Source: the human T2T-CHM13v2.0 reference genome, Homo sapiens
NCBI RefSeq assembly: GCF_009914755.1
Contig: NC_060925.1
Direction: 5' to 3' (one strand)
Length of the DNA: 64,000 nucleotides
Shown: positions 14,895 through 35,097 of the stretch, piece after piece
How the letters are laid out: the number at the start of each line of letters is the position of its first letter
Numbering within the stretch: the stretch's first letter is position 1
Notes under the pieces: generated by a model
Database searches by the model: none
The model's input: only the letters and a program-made list of their open reading frames with translations
Told to the model about the DNA's origin: nothing
Program-made: the position numbers and the translations under genes

Positions 14895-17053
14895 TTCTTT
14901 TTTATTTTTTATTGTGTTAAGAGCACAATATGAGATTTACCCTCATAACATATTTTTATGTGCACAATACATTATTGCTAACTATAGGCACGATGTTATG
15001 CAGAAGATCTCTGGAACTCATTCATCTTTCATGCTGAAAGTTTACACACATTGAACAACTCCCCATTTCTCCCTCTTCCAGCCCCTGGCAGCCACCATTT
15101 TACTCTTTGCTTCTGTAAGTTTGATTGATTTAGATTATACTGATAAGTGAGATAATACATTGTTTGTCTTTCTGTGACTGGTTTATTTCACTTAGAATAA
15201 CATTTTCCAGGTTCACCCATGTTGTGGAATCTGCCTGGATTTTCTTTTTCTTTTTAAGACTGAATAATAATCTATGGTCATTTAGGTTGTTTGCATACAT
15301 TAGCCATTGTAAACAATGCTGTAAGTTGATGTGGGAGTGTAAATATCTCCTCAATATCCTGATTTCAGTTCTTTTGGACAAATATCCAGAAGTAAAATTG
15401 CTAGTTCATATAGTAATTCTATTTTTAATTTTTTGAAAAACCTTCATAGCTTTTTTCATAGCAGTGTCACCATTTTACCTTGCCAGAAACAGTGTATCAG
15501 GGTTCTGATTTCTTCACATCCTCACTAACACTAGTTATCTGTTTTTTCTAACATACAGCCATCCTAACATATGTATGATAGTTATAAATGTGGTCTTGAT
15601 TTGTATTTCCCTGATAACTAGTGATATCGAATATATTTTTAAATACCTTTTGGCATTTGCTTTTCTTTCTTAAAGACATAGCTATTTAAGACATATGTCC
15701 CTTTTTAAATTTAGTTATTTGGTTTTTTATTGCTGTTGGGTTGTACGAGTTTTTTTATGTGTTTTAGATATTAATCCTTTATAAGATATATGGTTTTCAA
15801 ATATGTTCTCTCATTCCGTAGGTAGGCTTTTGTTTATTGTTTCCTTTGCTGTGCAGAGACTTTACAGTTTGATGTAGTTCCACTGCCTATTTTTGCTTTT
15901 GTTGCCTGTGCTCTTGATGTCATAGCCATGAAATTACTGCAACATCAATGTAAAGTATTTTCCTTTATTTTCTTGAAGAAATTTTACAGTTTTGGGTGTT
16001 ATATTTAATGTTGTAAACCATTTTGAGTTTTTTTTTTTTTGTGTATGGAATAAGGATCCAATTTCTGTGTGTGTGTGTGATAGCCAGTTTTCCCAACATC
16101 ATTTATTGAAAAAAAAAACTATCATTTACCCACTGTGTATTCCTGACACACCTATTAAATATTGGTTTACTACATTTATGTATAGATTTATCTCAGGGTT
16201 CTCTAATGTGTTCCATTGGTCTATAGGTTTGCCTCTATGCCAGTACCAAACGGTTTTAATTAATGTGGTTTTGTAATATATTTTGAATTCAGGAAATGTG
16301 ATGCCTCCAGCTTTATTCTTCTTACTCACATTTTTTGCCTGTTTGGGGCTTTTTTTGCAGTTTTCTATAAATTGGGGGATTTTTATTTTCAATTTCTGTA
16401 AAAACTCTAATTGGGACTTTGATAAAAATTGCATTGAATCTTTAGATAATTTTGGATAGTATGATGATATTTGATAGTATTTAGTCTTCTAATCCATGAA
16501 TACAGGATGCAGGATGCCTTTCCATTTACTTGTGTCTTCTTTAATTTCTTTCAACAATGTGCTTCAAATTTCAGTGTATAAGTCTTTCACCTACTCGGTT
16601 AAGTTTGTTGCTAAATATTCCATTTCTTCTAATGGAATGGAAGACTATTTTTGATACTACTATGAATGCAGTTTTTCTCAATTTCCCTCTTGGATAGTTT
16701 GTTGTGAATGTATAGAAATGATTTACATTTTTGATTTTATATCTTGCAAATTTGCAAATTTATTTATTAATTCTTACAGTTTTTTTAATTGGGTGCTTAG
16801 TTTTCCACATATAATATTATGGCATTTACAAACATGTCATTTAACTTCTACTTTTCTGATTTAGATACCATTTATTTATTTATTTTTAATTGCTTTGGCT
16901 AGGACTTGTATTATGCTACATAGAAGTTAAAGTGGACATTCTTGCCTGTTCCTGACCTTAGGGGAAGTTTTCAGTTTTTTACTGTTAAGTATGATGTTAG
17001 CTTTAGACTTTTCATGTATGGCTGTTATTATGTGGAAGTAATTTCCTTCTGTT
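14895..17053 (-). mobile_element. Old L1 (L1MA9-10/L1MB-type), 3' UTR and ORF2 3' part; host of the L1PB insertion
   Basis: T-rich tail and L1M 3' UTR ('agcccctggcagccaccattttactc'). Degenerate ORF2 peptide 16126-16434 ([22 protein letters not shown]). Confidence 0.85.
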
Positions 17054-17431
17054 GTTAGTTTTTTTGTTTATTATTTATTTTTTTCCATAAGTTTTTGGGG
17101 AACAGGTGGAGTTTGATTACATGAGTAATTTCTTTAGTAGTAATATGTGAGATTTGTGTGCACCTATCCCCAGAGCAGTATACACTGTACCCAATTCATA
17201 GTCTTTTATCCCTCATCCAACTCGCACCGTTCCCCCTAAATCCTCAAAGTCCATTGTATCATTCATATGCCTTTGCATCCTCATAGCTTGTGTCTCATTT
17301 AAGAGTGAGAATATACAATGTTTGGCTTTTCTTTCCTGAGTTACTTCACTTAGAATAATGGTCTCCAATTCCATCCAGGTTGCTGATATGCCATTATTTC
17401 ATTCTTTTTTTATGGCTGAATAGTAGTCCAT

Positions 17432-17640
17432 GGTGTGTGTGTGTGTGTGTATATATATTTATGTCTATATGTATATATATATGTCTCTCTATATATGTGT
17501 GTGTGTATATATATATAGACATATATATAGACATATATATAGACATATATATAGACATATATATAGACATATATATAGACATATATATATAGACATATAT
17601 ATAGACATATATATATATATATATGTATGTATGTATGTAT
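17432..17640. repeat. Compound microsatellite: (TG)n, (TA)n and a 12-bp unit ATATATATAGAC x~8
   Basis: Read directly. It expanded from the L1 'gtgtatatata' site. Confidence 0.95.
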
Positions 17641-17838
17641 GTATTGTGTTGAATAGGAGTGATAAGAGGGGGTATCCTTGTCTTGTTCCAGTTCTCAGGG
17701 AATGGTTTCAACTTTTCTCCATTCAGTAGTATGTTGGCTGTGGGTTTGTTATAAATGGCTTTTATTACATAATGTCCCTTCTATGCTGATTTTGCTGAGG
17801 GTTTTAATCATAAAGGATCCTGGATTTTGTTAAGTGCT
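17641..17838 (-). repeat. Ectopic ~198-bp copy of L1PB ORF2 segment 19570-19769
   Basis: By-eye alignment gives ~11 substitutions plus one 2-bp indel versus 19570-19769. It is embedded between TA-rich repeats. Confidence 0.93.
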
Positions 17839-20800
17839 ATATATGTATATAAATATATAGTGATATATACATATATACACACACTATATATATACACACA
17901 CTATAAAATATATATAGTGATATATATATATATATCACAATTTCTCATTGATTGATGGACATTTGAGTTGGTTACACATTTTTGCAATTGCTAATTGTGC
18001 TGCTGTAAACATTCATGTGCAAGTATCTTTTTTGTATAATGACTTCTTTTCCTCTGGGTAGATACCCAGTAGTGGAATTGTTGGATCAAAAGGGAGTTCT
18101 GCTTTCACTTCTTAGTTCTTTAAGGAATATATACACTGTTTTCCACAGTCATACTGGTTTACATTTCCACCAGCACTGCCGTAGTGCTCCCTTTTCACTG
18201 CATCCCTGCCAACATCTATTTTTTTTAATTGTTTAAATTATGGCCATTCTTTCAGGAGTAAGTTGGCATCACATTGTGGTTTTGATTTTTCTAATGATTA
18301 GTGATGTTGAGCATTTTTATACATTTTTATATGTTTCATGGCAATTTATAGATCTTCTTTTGAAAATTGTCTATTCATGTCCTTAGACCATTTTTTGATG
18401 AGACTGTTTAGGCTTTTTTGCTAATCTGAGTTCCTTGTAGATTCTGGATATTAGTCCTTTGTCAGATGTACAGATTGTGAAGATTTTCTCCCACACTGTG
18501 CATTGTCTGTTTACTGTGCTGATTGTTTCTTTTGCTATGCAGAAACTTTTTAGTTTAATTAAGTCCCACCTATTTATCATTGTTTTTGCTGCATTTGTTT
18601 TTGGGTTCTTGGTCATGAAGTCTGTGTCTAAGCTAATATCATAAAGGTTTTTCCAGAATTTATCTTCTAGAATTTGTATGGTTTCAGGTCTTAGATTTAA
18701 GTCCTTGAGCCATCTGGGGTTGAATTTTGTATAAGGTGAGAGATGACGATCCAGTTTTATTCTTTTACATGTGGCTTGCCAGTTATCCCAGCACCATGTG
18801 TTGAATAGGGTGTCCTTTCCCCACTTAATGTTTTTGCTTGTTTTGTTGAGGATCAGTTGGCTGGATTTGACCCTATTTCTGAGTTCTCTATTCTGTTCCA
18901 GTGGTTTATTTGCCTATTTTTATACCAGTACCATGCTGTTTTGGTGACTACGGCCTTATAGCATAGTTTGAAGTCAGATAATGTACTGTGTCCAGATTTG
19001 TTCTTTTTGCTTAGCTTTGCTTTGGCTATGCAGGCTCTTTTTTAGTTCCATTTAAATTTTAAGATTGTCATTTCTAATTCTGTGAAGAATGATGGTGGAA
19101 TTTTGATGGGAATTGCATTGAATTCATAGATTGCTTTTGGCAGTATGGTCATTTTCACAATATTGATTCTACTCATCAATGAGCATAGGATGTGTTTCTA
19201 TTTGTTTGTATTGTCTGTGATTTCTTTCAGCAGTGTTTGAGTTTTCCTTGTAAAGGTCTTTCACCTCCTTGGTTAGGTATATTTCTAATAATTTTTTGGC
19301 GGCTATTATAAAAATGTTTGAGTTCTTGATTTGATTCTCAGCTTGGTCGCTGTTGGTGTATAGCAGAGCTACTGATTTGTGAACATTAAATTTTTAATCT
19401 GAAACTACTGAATCCATTTATTAGTTCTGGGAGCTTTTTGGAGGAGTATTTAGTGTTTTCTAGGTATACGATCATATCAACATGTCAAGTGACATTTTAA
19501 CTTCCTCTTTACTAATTTGGATGCCCTTTATTTCTTTCTCTTGTCTGCTTGTTCTGGCTAGGACTTCCAGTATTGTGTTGAATAGAAGTGGTAAGAGTGG
19601 ATATCCTTGTCTTGTTCCAATTCTCAGAGGGAAAGGTTTCAACTCTTCTCCATTCAGTAGTATTTTGGCTGTGGGTTTGTTATAAATGGCTTTTATTACA
19701 TAATGTCCCTTCTATGTTGATTTTGCTGAGGGTTTTAATCATAAAGGATTCTGGATTTTGTTGAGTGCTTTTTCTGCATCTATTTAGATAATTATGTCAT
19801 TTTTGCTTTTAATTCTGTTTATGTGGTGTATCACATTTATTAACTTGTGAATGTTAAACCATCCCTGCATCCATGGTATGAAACCCACTTGATCATGTTG
19901 GATTATCTTTTGTGATATGCTGTTGGATTCAGTTAGCTAGTATTTTTTTGAGTATTTTTACATCTACGTTCATCAGGGATATTGGTCTGGAGTTTTCTTT
20001 TTCTGTTATGTCCTTCCCTGGTTTTGATATTAGGGTGATGCTGACCTCATAGAATGATTTAGGTAGGATTCTCTCTTTCTCTGTCTTGTGGAATAGTGTG
20101 AATAAGATTTGTACCAATTCTTTTTTGAATGTCTGATAGAATTCAGCTGTGACTCTTTCTGGTCCTGAACTGTTTCGTGGTGACAATTTTTTTATTACAA
20201 TTTAAATCTTGCCACTTTTATTGGTCTGTTCAGGATTTCTAATTCTTCCTGGTTTAAGCTAGGAGGGTTGCATATTTCCAGGAACTTATACATCTCCCCG
20301 AGGTCTTCTAGTTTATGTGTGTAAAGGTGTTCATAGTAGCCTTGAATGATCTTTTGTACTTCTGTGGTGTCAGTTAAAATATCTCCCATTTAATTTCTAA
20401 TCATGCTTATTTGGATCTTCTCTCTTCTTTTCTTGGTTAATCTGGCTAACGATCTGTCAATTTTATTTACCTTTTCAGAGAACCAGCTTTTTGTTTCATT
20501 TATCTTTTGTATTTTTTTAATTTGTTTTGTTTAGTCTCGTTTAGTTCTGATTTAATCTTGGTTATTTATTTTCTTCTGCTGGGTTTGGGTTTGGTTTGTT
20601 CTTGTTTTTCTAGGTTCCTTGAGGTGTGACCTTAGATTGTCTATTTGTGCTCTTTCAAACTTTTTGATGTATGCATTTAAGGCTATGAACTTTCCCCTTG
20701 GCACTGCTTTTGCTGTGCCCCAGAAGTTTTGATAGATTGTGTCACTATTACCATTCAATAAAAATAATTTTTTAACTTCCGTCTTGATTTTAGTATTAAC

Positions 20801-21451
20801 CCAAATATCGTTAGGAGCAGGTTATTTAATTTCCATGTATTTGCATGGTTTTGAAGGTTCCTTTTGGAGTTGATATCCAATTTTATTCCACTGTGGTCAG
20901 CAAGAGTACTTGATATAATTTCAGTTTTCTTAAATGTATTGAGACTTGTTTTGAGGCCTGTCGTATGGCCTGTGTTGGAGAATGTTCCACGCTCTGCTGA
21001 ACAGAATGTATACTCTGTGGTTATTGGATAGAAAGTTCTGTAAATATCTGTTATGTTCATTTGTTCTAGGGTATAGTTTAAATCCACCATTTGTTTGTTG
21101 ATTTTCTGACTTGATGACCTGTCTAGGGCTGTTACTGGAGCACTAAAGTCCCCCACTATTACTGTGTTGCTGTCTATCTCATTTCTTAGATCTAGCAGTA
21201 ATTGTTTAATGAATTTGGAAGCTCCAGTATTAGTGCATATATATTTAGGATTGTGATAATTTCCTGTTGGACAGAGTCCTGTTATCATTATATAATGTCC
21301 CTCTTTGTCTTTTTTAATGACTGTTTTTTTCCTTTTATTATTATTTTTTATTATACTTTAAGTTCTACGGTACATGTACACAACATGTCCTGTTGTGTAC
21401 AGAGTCCTGTTATCATTATATAATGTCCCTCTTTGTCTTTTTTAATGACTG

Positions 21452-25533
<4,082 letters not shown>

Positions 25534-26021
25534 GCCAATTCAATCAAGTGGAAGAAAGGATATCAGTGATTGAAGATCAAATGAATGAAATGAAGTGAAA
25601 AGAGAAGTTTAGAAAAAGAAAGAGTAAAAAGAAACGAACAAAGCCTCCAAGAAATATGGGACTACATGAAAAGACCAAATCTACATCTGATTGGTGTACC
25701 TGAAAATGATGGGGAGAATGGAACCAAGTTGGAAAACACTCTTCAGGATATCATCCAGGAGAACTTCCCCAACCTAGCAAGGCAGGCCAACATTCAAATT
25801 CAGGAAATACAGAGAACACCACAAAGATACTCCTTGAGAAGAGCAACTCAAAGACACATAATTGTCGGATTCACCAAAGTTGAAATGAAGGAAAAAATGT
25901 TAAGGGCAGCCAGAGAGAAAGGTCAGGTTACCCACAAATGGAAGCCCATCAGACTAACAGTCGATATCTTGGCAGAAACTCTTCAAGCCAGAAGAGAGTG
26001 GGGCTAATATTCAATATTCTT

Positions 26022-27927
<1,906 letters not shown>

Positions 27928-30900
27928 TAAGCTTCATAAGTGGAGGAGAAATAAAATCTTTTACAGACAAGCAAATGCTTAGAGATTTTTGTCACCACCC
28001 AGCCTGCCTTGCAAGAGCTCCTGAAGGAAGTACTAAACGTGGAAAATTACAACCAGCAGCAGCCACTGCAAAAATTAACCACTCTTGTTTTACAGTTTGT
28101 TTTTTATGATAGAAGAATAGCTACTCCTGCTCACTTTTGGTGTCCATCTGAATGGAATGTCTTTTTTCACCCCTTTGCCTTAAGTTTATGTGAATCTTTG
28201 TTTGTTAGGTGAGTCTCTTGAAGGCAGTAGATACTTGGTTGTTGAATTATTTTCCAGTCTGCCATTCTGTATCTTTAAGTACAGCATTTAGGCTCTTTAC
28301 ATTCAAAGTTAGTATTGAGATGTGTGGTACTATTCTATTAAATGTGCTATTGTTGCCTGAATATCTTGTGTTTTTTTTCTTTTTTTTATTGTGTTGTTAC
28401 ATAGGTCCTATGAGATTTATGCTTTAAGAGGTTCTGTTTTGATATATTTTGAGGATTTGTTTCAAGATTTAGAGCTTCTTTTAGCAGTTCTTGTAGTGCT
28501 GGCTTGGTAGTGGCAAATTCAGCATTTGTTTTTTCTGAAAAAATACTGTATCTTTTCTTCATTTATGAAGCCAGTCTCACTGGATACAAAATTCCTGGCT
28601 GATAATTGTTTTGTTTAGGGAGGCTGAAGATAGGGCTTCAATTCCTTCTAGCTTGTAGGGTTTCTGCTGAGAAATCTGCTGTTAATCTAATAGGTTTTCC
28701 TTTGTAGGTTACGTTGTGCTTTTTCCTCACAGCTCTTAATATTCTTTTCATCTTGACTTTGGATAACTTGATGACTATGTGCCTAGGTAATGATCTGTTT
28801 GCAATGAATTTCCCAGGTGTTCTTTGAGCTTCTTGTATTTGACTGTCTATGTCTTCTTGTATTTGAAGTTTTGCAAGGCTGCAAAACTTTTCCTTGATTA
28901 TTTCCCCCAGATATGTTTTCCAAACTTTTAGATTTCTCTTATTCCTCAGGAACACCAATTATTATCAGTTTTGGTTATTTAACATAATCCCAAACTTCTT
29001 GGACGCTTTTTAAAATTTTTTAAAATTCTTTTTCTTTGTCTTTGTTGTATTGGGTTATTACAAAAACCTTGTCTTTGTGCTCTGAAGTTCTTTCTTCTGC
29101 TTGTTTGATTCTATTGCTGAGACTTTTCGTGCACTTTGCATTTCTCTAAGTGTGTCTTTGATTCCCAGAAGCTGTGATTGTTTTCTTCTTTTTCCATTTT
29201 TGCTGCCTATTTCACTGAAGATTTCTCCCCTCATAACTTGTACCATTTTTTGGATTTATTTAAATTGGACTTCACTTTTCTCAGGTTCCTCCTTGATTAG
29301 CTTAATCTTTGACCTTCTGAATTATTTTTCTAGCAAATCGGGAATTTCTTCTTGGTTTGGATCCACTGCTAGTAAATTAGTAAGATTTTTTGAGAGTGAT
29401 AAAGAATGTTGTTTTGTCATATTACTAGAATTTTCTGGTTCTTTCTCTTTTGGGTAGGCTGTGTCAAAGGGAAGATCTCAGGCTCAAGGGATGATGTTCA
29501 GATCCTTCTGTCCTATTCAGTGCTTCCTTGATATAGTACTCTCCCCCTTTTCCTAGGGACATGGCTTCCTGAGAGCCAAACTGTAGTGATCATTATTTCT
29601 CTTCTGGATCTAGCCACCCAGTGGGGCTACCAGGTTCTAGGCTGGTACTGGTGTGTGTCTGCACAGAGTCCTGTAATGTAAACCATCTTCTGGTCTCTCA
29701 GCCATGGATAGCAGCACCTGCTCCAGTAGAGGTGGCAGGGGAGTAAAATGGACTCTGTGGGTGTTCTTAGTTGTATTATTGTTGTTTATCGCACTAGTTT
29801 TGTGCTTGTTGACCTCCTGCCAGGAGGTGATGCTTTCAAGATAGTATCAGCTGTGGTAGTACAGAGAGGACCAGGCAGTGGGCAAGACTCTAGAACTCCC
29901 AAGAGTATATGGCCTGTGTCTTCAGCTACCAGGTTGGGTAAAGAAATGCTAGCAGAGTGGGTAGAGAAAGACCATCAGGTGGGAAAAATGTTAGGTGTGT
30001 CTGAGCTCAGATTCTCCTTGGGTGGGCCTTACTGTGTCTGCTGTGGAGGTTGGGGTTTGTGGTCTCTGGTCAATGAAGTTATGTTCCCAAAAGGATTATG
30101 GTTGCCTCTGCTGTGTCATGCAGTTCACCAAAAAAGTGTGGGAAAGCCAGCAGTTAACAAGCCTCACCCAGCTGCCATGCAACCCAAAAGGCTGTTCTCA
30201 CTCCCACCGTACCCCACCCCTAACTGCACTGCGTTTGTTTCCAGGGAGTGGTCAAGCACAGCTTTGAGCTTCTATGTCTCCCTGCCTGCCCCTGTCTGCA
30301 CACCAGATTCACTCCCTCCCCATAGTTCTGTCGAAGAAACTTCATGTTCAGTTGGAATGCTTACCAAGTTTAGCTGGAGCCTTCCTTCTGCCTGTGGCCT
30401 TTTTCCAATTCCTCTGGCACCTCTCCCTAAGGACCCCTGTGAAACAAAGTCAGAAATGCCTTCCTTGGGGATCAAGAGAGCCCACAGGACTCTTCCCACC
30501 GCTTTCTCTAATCCTATATTTTGTTTTGCTCTCTAAATTATCTCAGCTCTAGGTAAGGTCAAATTCTTCTCCCATGATCTGGACCTTCAGGTTCCCAGTG
30601 AGGATGTGTATTTGGGGGTGGAAGATCCCCTTTTCCCACTTTCACACTTAGGGCACTCACAGTGTTTGGTTGTCTCCCAGGCCCTGCAGGAGCAATCTGC
30701 TTCCTTCAAAGAGTCTGTGGATTCTCTCATCTTTCCTCATATGTTCCTGCAGTAGTTCTGGGAGCAAAAGTTCACAATGTGAGTCTCCACAAGCTACTCT
30801 CTGTCTGAGTGGGAGCTGCAATTTAGTCCTGCTTCCTATCCACCATTTGCCTATTACTAATTTGTTGACAGCCATCTTCTTCTTTTTAATGGAACTTTGT

Positions 30901-31499
30901 TTTTCAAGTAATATGAGACTGTGGGAGACTTCCCTTCACTTTGCCAGCTATGCCTATTAGAATTCCTATCTGTCCCCAGAAATCAGCAAATGTTTAATGG
31001 TGAGAACCAACTATGAATTTGGAGTTCCGCGTAGTTCCAATCTTTCATACCAGCCCCGTCCACCTATCAGATTATTATTGTTTTGTTGTGTTTTTCTAAC
31101 CATAAAGGCTCTTTGCCTGGGTAAAACCCAGCTTCTGCCAATACTAAAAAATGGCAAATGCTTCAAGATTTTAAGTTCATCTTTTCTGAATTTATCTAAT
31201 AGTTCTTCAAACTTTTTCAAATATATAGTTATACAGTTTATTTATTTGTCTTTTGTAGCAGTTGCATTAAGAGTGCTGGCTTGCCATGAACTTCTACACC
31301 TTACACCATAATATGAATACTTTCCATGTAAAGTTTAGTACTGTAATAGATCATCTACTTTTAGTTTTGATTTCTCCTACTTAAGCCCTTATCTGATCAG
31401 AGCAGTTCTTAAGAAATATAAATTTTTAAAGATTACAAATGTGATGAGCTTTAAATGAAATTGTATTTGTGTGTATATGTGTGTTGTGTATGTGTAGAT

Positions 31500-32770
31500 G
31501 CTTGGAAAATAAAGATTCAACAACTTACTGTACATCACCATCTGAAGATTTTCAAAAAGCATGTCAAATTCCATGTATCAAAACTAAAATCCTTTCTATC
31601 ACTGCCAGCCACCCATGTTGCTGTTGCCTCTGTTCCTACTGTAATAAATGGAGCTCTTTATGGCTGCTAAAGCAGAAATGAAATTTACAGAACAATTCTG
31701 AGATTATATTTGGTAAACTCATCTCTCCTTTCCTTCAATATGATTTTTCTTCTTGCCTTCAAGATCATTTTTCTTCTTGCCTTCATTACAACAACATTCC
31801 AAAGGACTATACTATTCCAGTATGATTCTCTTCCTATCATTCTTCTCCACTGTTGCCAGAAATATATTTCTAAAACAAGAAAACAGTATTTCAATTTTTG
31901 ACTTAAATCTTTTAAAAATAAATTTTACTTTACTAAGTACAAATACACTGGCTTTGCACATAAGGCATTTAATCATCTCAATCCTACCTATCTCTCTAGT
32001 GTATCTCTCACTCTTGCTTTATATACCCTTCACTGGAGCACATAGTAGCCCTTGAATTTTTCCAAATGCATAATAACACTACCACCTCTACATTATTTTC
32101 TTCAACATTTATCTTAAGTTCTGGGGCACATGCGCAGGATGTACTGGTTTTTTACATAGGTAAGCATGCGCTGTCGTGGCTTGCTGCACAGATCAACCCA
32201 TCACCTAGGTATTAAGCCCAGCGTCCATCAGCTATTCTTTCTGATGGTTTCCCTACTCCCACCACCCAGCAGGCCCCAGTGTGTGTTGTTCCCTACCTTG
32301 TGTCCATGTTCTCATCGTTCAGCTCCTACTTATAAGTGAGAATATGCTGTGTTTAGTTTTCTGTCCCTGTGTTAGTTTGCTAAGGATAATGGCTTCCAGC
32401 TCCATCTATGTCCCTGGAAAGGACATGATCTCATTCCTTTTTATGGCTGCATTGTTTTATGATGCAATTCTCGCTACCTGGGCTCATTTTTTCTTTTCTC
32501 ATTAAACATCTACTGTTCATTGAAATCACCTCCACATGCATGTCTTGATTGCTCTTCTATCATAGCAAAAATAGAGTTTCCTCTGCTGAGTGTCCAAAAT
32601 ACCCTCATGCATGCCTCTACCAGGACTTTTTTTAGTCTTCTTTAATATGCATATTGTATTGCTCACCCCAACTAGAAGGTAAATTCCTTGAGAGCATTTA
32701 TTTGACTCCTTTGTTTCCCAAAACCAGTCCCAGAATCTGTCACAGAGCAGGTGTTTAAATGTGTGTTGAA
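31500..32770 (+). mobile_element. L2 fragment split by a short L1PA
   Basis: L2-like 'atgtcaaattccatgtatcaaaactaaa' and 3' end 'actagaaggtaaattccttgagagc...gagcaggtgtttaaatgtgtgttgaa'. Confidence 0.5.
32100..32449 (-). mobile_element. 5'-truncated L1PA (~L1PA10-type) 3' end
   Basis: 'cttgctgcacagatcaacccatcacctaggtattaagccc' 3' UTR. TSD catt(a/g)tttt at 32091 and 32450. Confidence 0.85.
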
Positions 32771-34635
32771 AAGAGTGAGATTATGTTGATTAATAATCTG
32801 TAAATTAGTTTCATGTGCCTTCATATATCCTCTACATTCTTCTTCTACAACAGTTTATGCACATTACTCTAAAAACAACACATGGAAAAATATATTTTTA
32901 TCTTTGAATTTTTCATTTTGCTTATGTTCATTCTCTTTTTTCAATAAAATTTTAGAATGTTTTTGGTGTGCTATGCTTGTTCTTGTCAAAAACTTTTAAA
33001 AATCAGTATTTATTTAGTGAAACAATTATTGAATAAAATCTTTAAGTTTCAAGTTGTTTTCCTGACTTCTGTTTATATCTGTGCTTTTTATTTTTAAATA
33101 ATGTTCATTTTTAGCATAGAATCATAACAAGAGTATCTTATTTCTGCAACAGTCTCTTGCAGATCAGCACATACTTTCCAAGTTGTAATCTGACTCTGGA
33201 ATTGGGCAAACAGGTTTTGATTTTGGTCACAGAAATTTATGACAACAGTGTAAAATCTTCACAATTTAAATAATTTGTTAGATTGTCTTATAATTATACT
33301 TTTCATATTTTATTAAAGTAAATTAAGCTTATACTTTTCACTGAATTAAATATTAGAAGCAGGTGACACTAAACTGATGCCATCTGCTGTGATGCCAGAA
33401 TTTTAACACTGTGACAACAATGTCATATCAAAATACAAAAACTGATAGGTTTGGGGAAAATGAAGTCATGTGAAAATAAATGTTTAAACAATTAGTAAAT
33501 GTGTTAATGGACATTTATTTAAAATGTGGAAGGTAAAGAGATCTTGGCTGTAAATATGATACAGATTTCATTTCTTGAATATCTCTTCAATGGAAACATT
33601 TAAAAATGTGTTTATCATCTCCCTTTTATTTGCAGTAGTATTCTAATCAACATAAAATCTTTCCAATATGATAATCTATTATTCCTGTATACCTGCTCTG
33701 CAAAATGATATATTTTCAGTGCCTAAATATTGATGAAGTCAACTAATACACACATGGGAACAGACCTAGATTATAGAAGAAAAATGACAGCATAAGCTCA
33801 GTGGAACTTTGGGAGAAAACTAGTTTTACTAGTTATTACTGCTGAATACTTTCATGTTGCACAAATTAAGGACTGTAGTATCAAGAGATAGTGGGCAAGT
33901 ATGGCCACTCATGGTTTTCTGGGTGTTAATTTCAGAGCTATGCTAATATCCAAGCTTAACATGAATAAAAGATTGATTATGTTTAATGGGAAAGCACATC
34001 TAAATTCCCACAGTGAAAAATTAACTTCAAAATTAGAAAACGATTACACCGCAAACAAAATTCAGGGAGTAAATTTTTTAGGTGGATTACCTGTTACCTC
34101 TAAATGTTATGGGATATCTGATAAGATTTGGGAAAAAAAATTTAAAGAAACTTATGAAGGTCTAAGTTTTAAAATTTTTGTAGATCACTTTTAAAAATTA
34201 ATTTTATTAGTCACTTAATATTTTAATAAATCTTATAAATTAAAATGACAATAATTTAAATGTAACTCTTAATGTAATGCTATACAATATGTGAAGTATT
34301 ATATTCTCCCCAAAGTTATGCTGATAACATAAAAATAAATAAAATATTGTGTTAAAATTTATGGCATAGATAGGGGTTTATAGAAGGGAAAGAGACCTGT
34401 GCAGGCCAAATATTTGGAGAATATTTTGAAGAACAACTGGATTTTGAGCTGGACCTAACATAATGCTTTGGTTTTATAAAGTTGGCCATGACTTTGATAA
34501 AAATATACTAGAATATGCAATACATATAAAATAACTTATAATTAATAAATGTGCAATAAATAGTATGTATTTATTTTACAATAAAATGCATATACCTTGA
34601 ATGTTTATATCAATGTTTTGACAGTCATATATATC

Positions 34636-35097
34636 TGCAGGACAGGTCCCTAGTTTACCTTAGCTAACCCAGTTCTCCCTCGTCTTTCTTGCTTGTAGCT
34701 CTCAGAATAATTGTAGAATATGCTGCGAATGAAGCATCCTGAGACAAAAAGGAACTGTCCACAGCAGGCTGTACTCTGTTCTGCTTCCTTCTGGAACAGG
34801 ATGTCCTGCCAAACTTCAGTCCAGCAATGCCAATTATCCCCAGGGCATATAACTCAGAGGGGAGTGCTTTCTGGGGTCCTTCAGCAGCAGTGCAATGAGG
34901 AGCATGCACAGGAGAGATTCTATTTTCCTTGGATGGCTTTCTTGAGCCTTGGAAATCTGGCTCACCAGGAATTCTAGGCTTCTGTTGTCCCTTGCTTCCT
35001 ATCTGTGAGTAAAAAATTTGCTTCACTTAATTTGCCATGTGATGTTTTGTTTCCTACAAATGGATCGATACTTAGTGCATGGTGAACCTGTTTCAAA
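34636..35097 (+). mobile_element. Solo LTR, LTR47-like (ERVL)
   Basis: 'cccagttctccc..cttgtagctctcagaataattgtagaat..catcctgaga..aacaggatgtcct'. 5-bp TSD ATATC at 34631-34635 and 35098-35102. Confidence 0.72.

Noticed and set aside
17380-17729. ORFs with YIDI/MSIY/RHIY repeats
   Set aside because: Translation of the 12-bp microsatellite unit.
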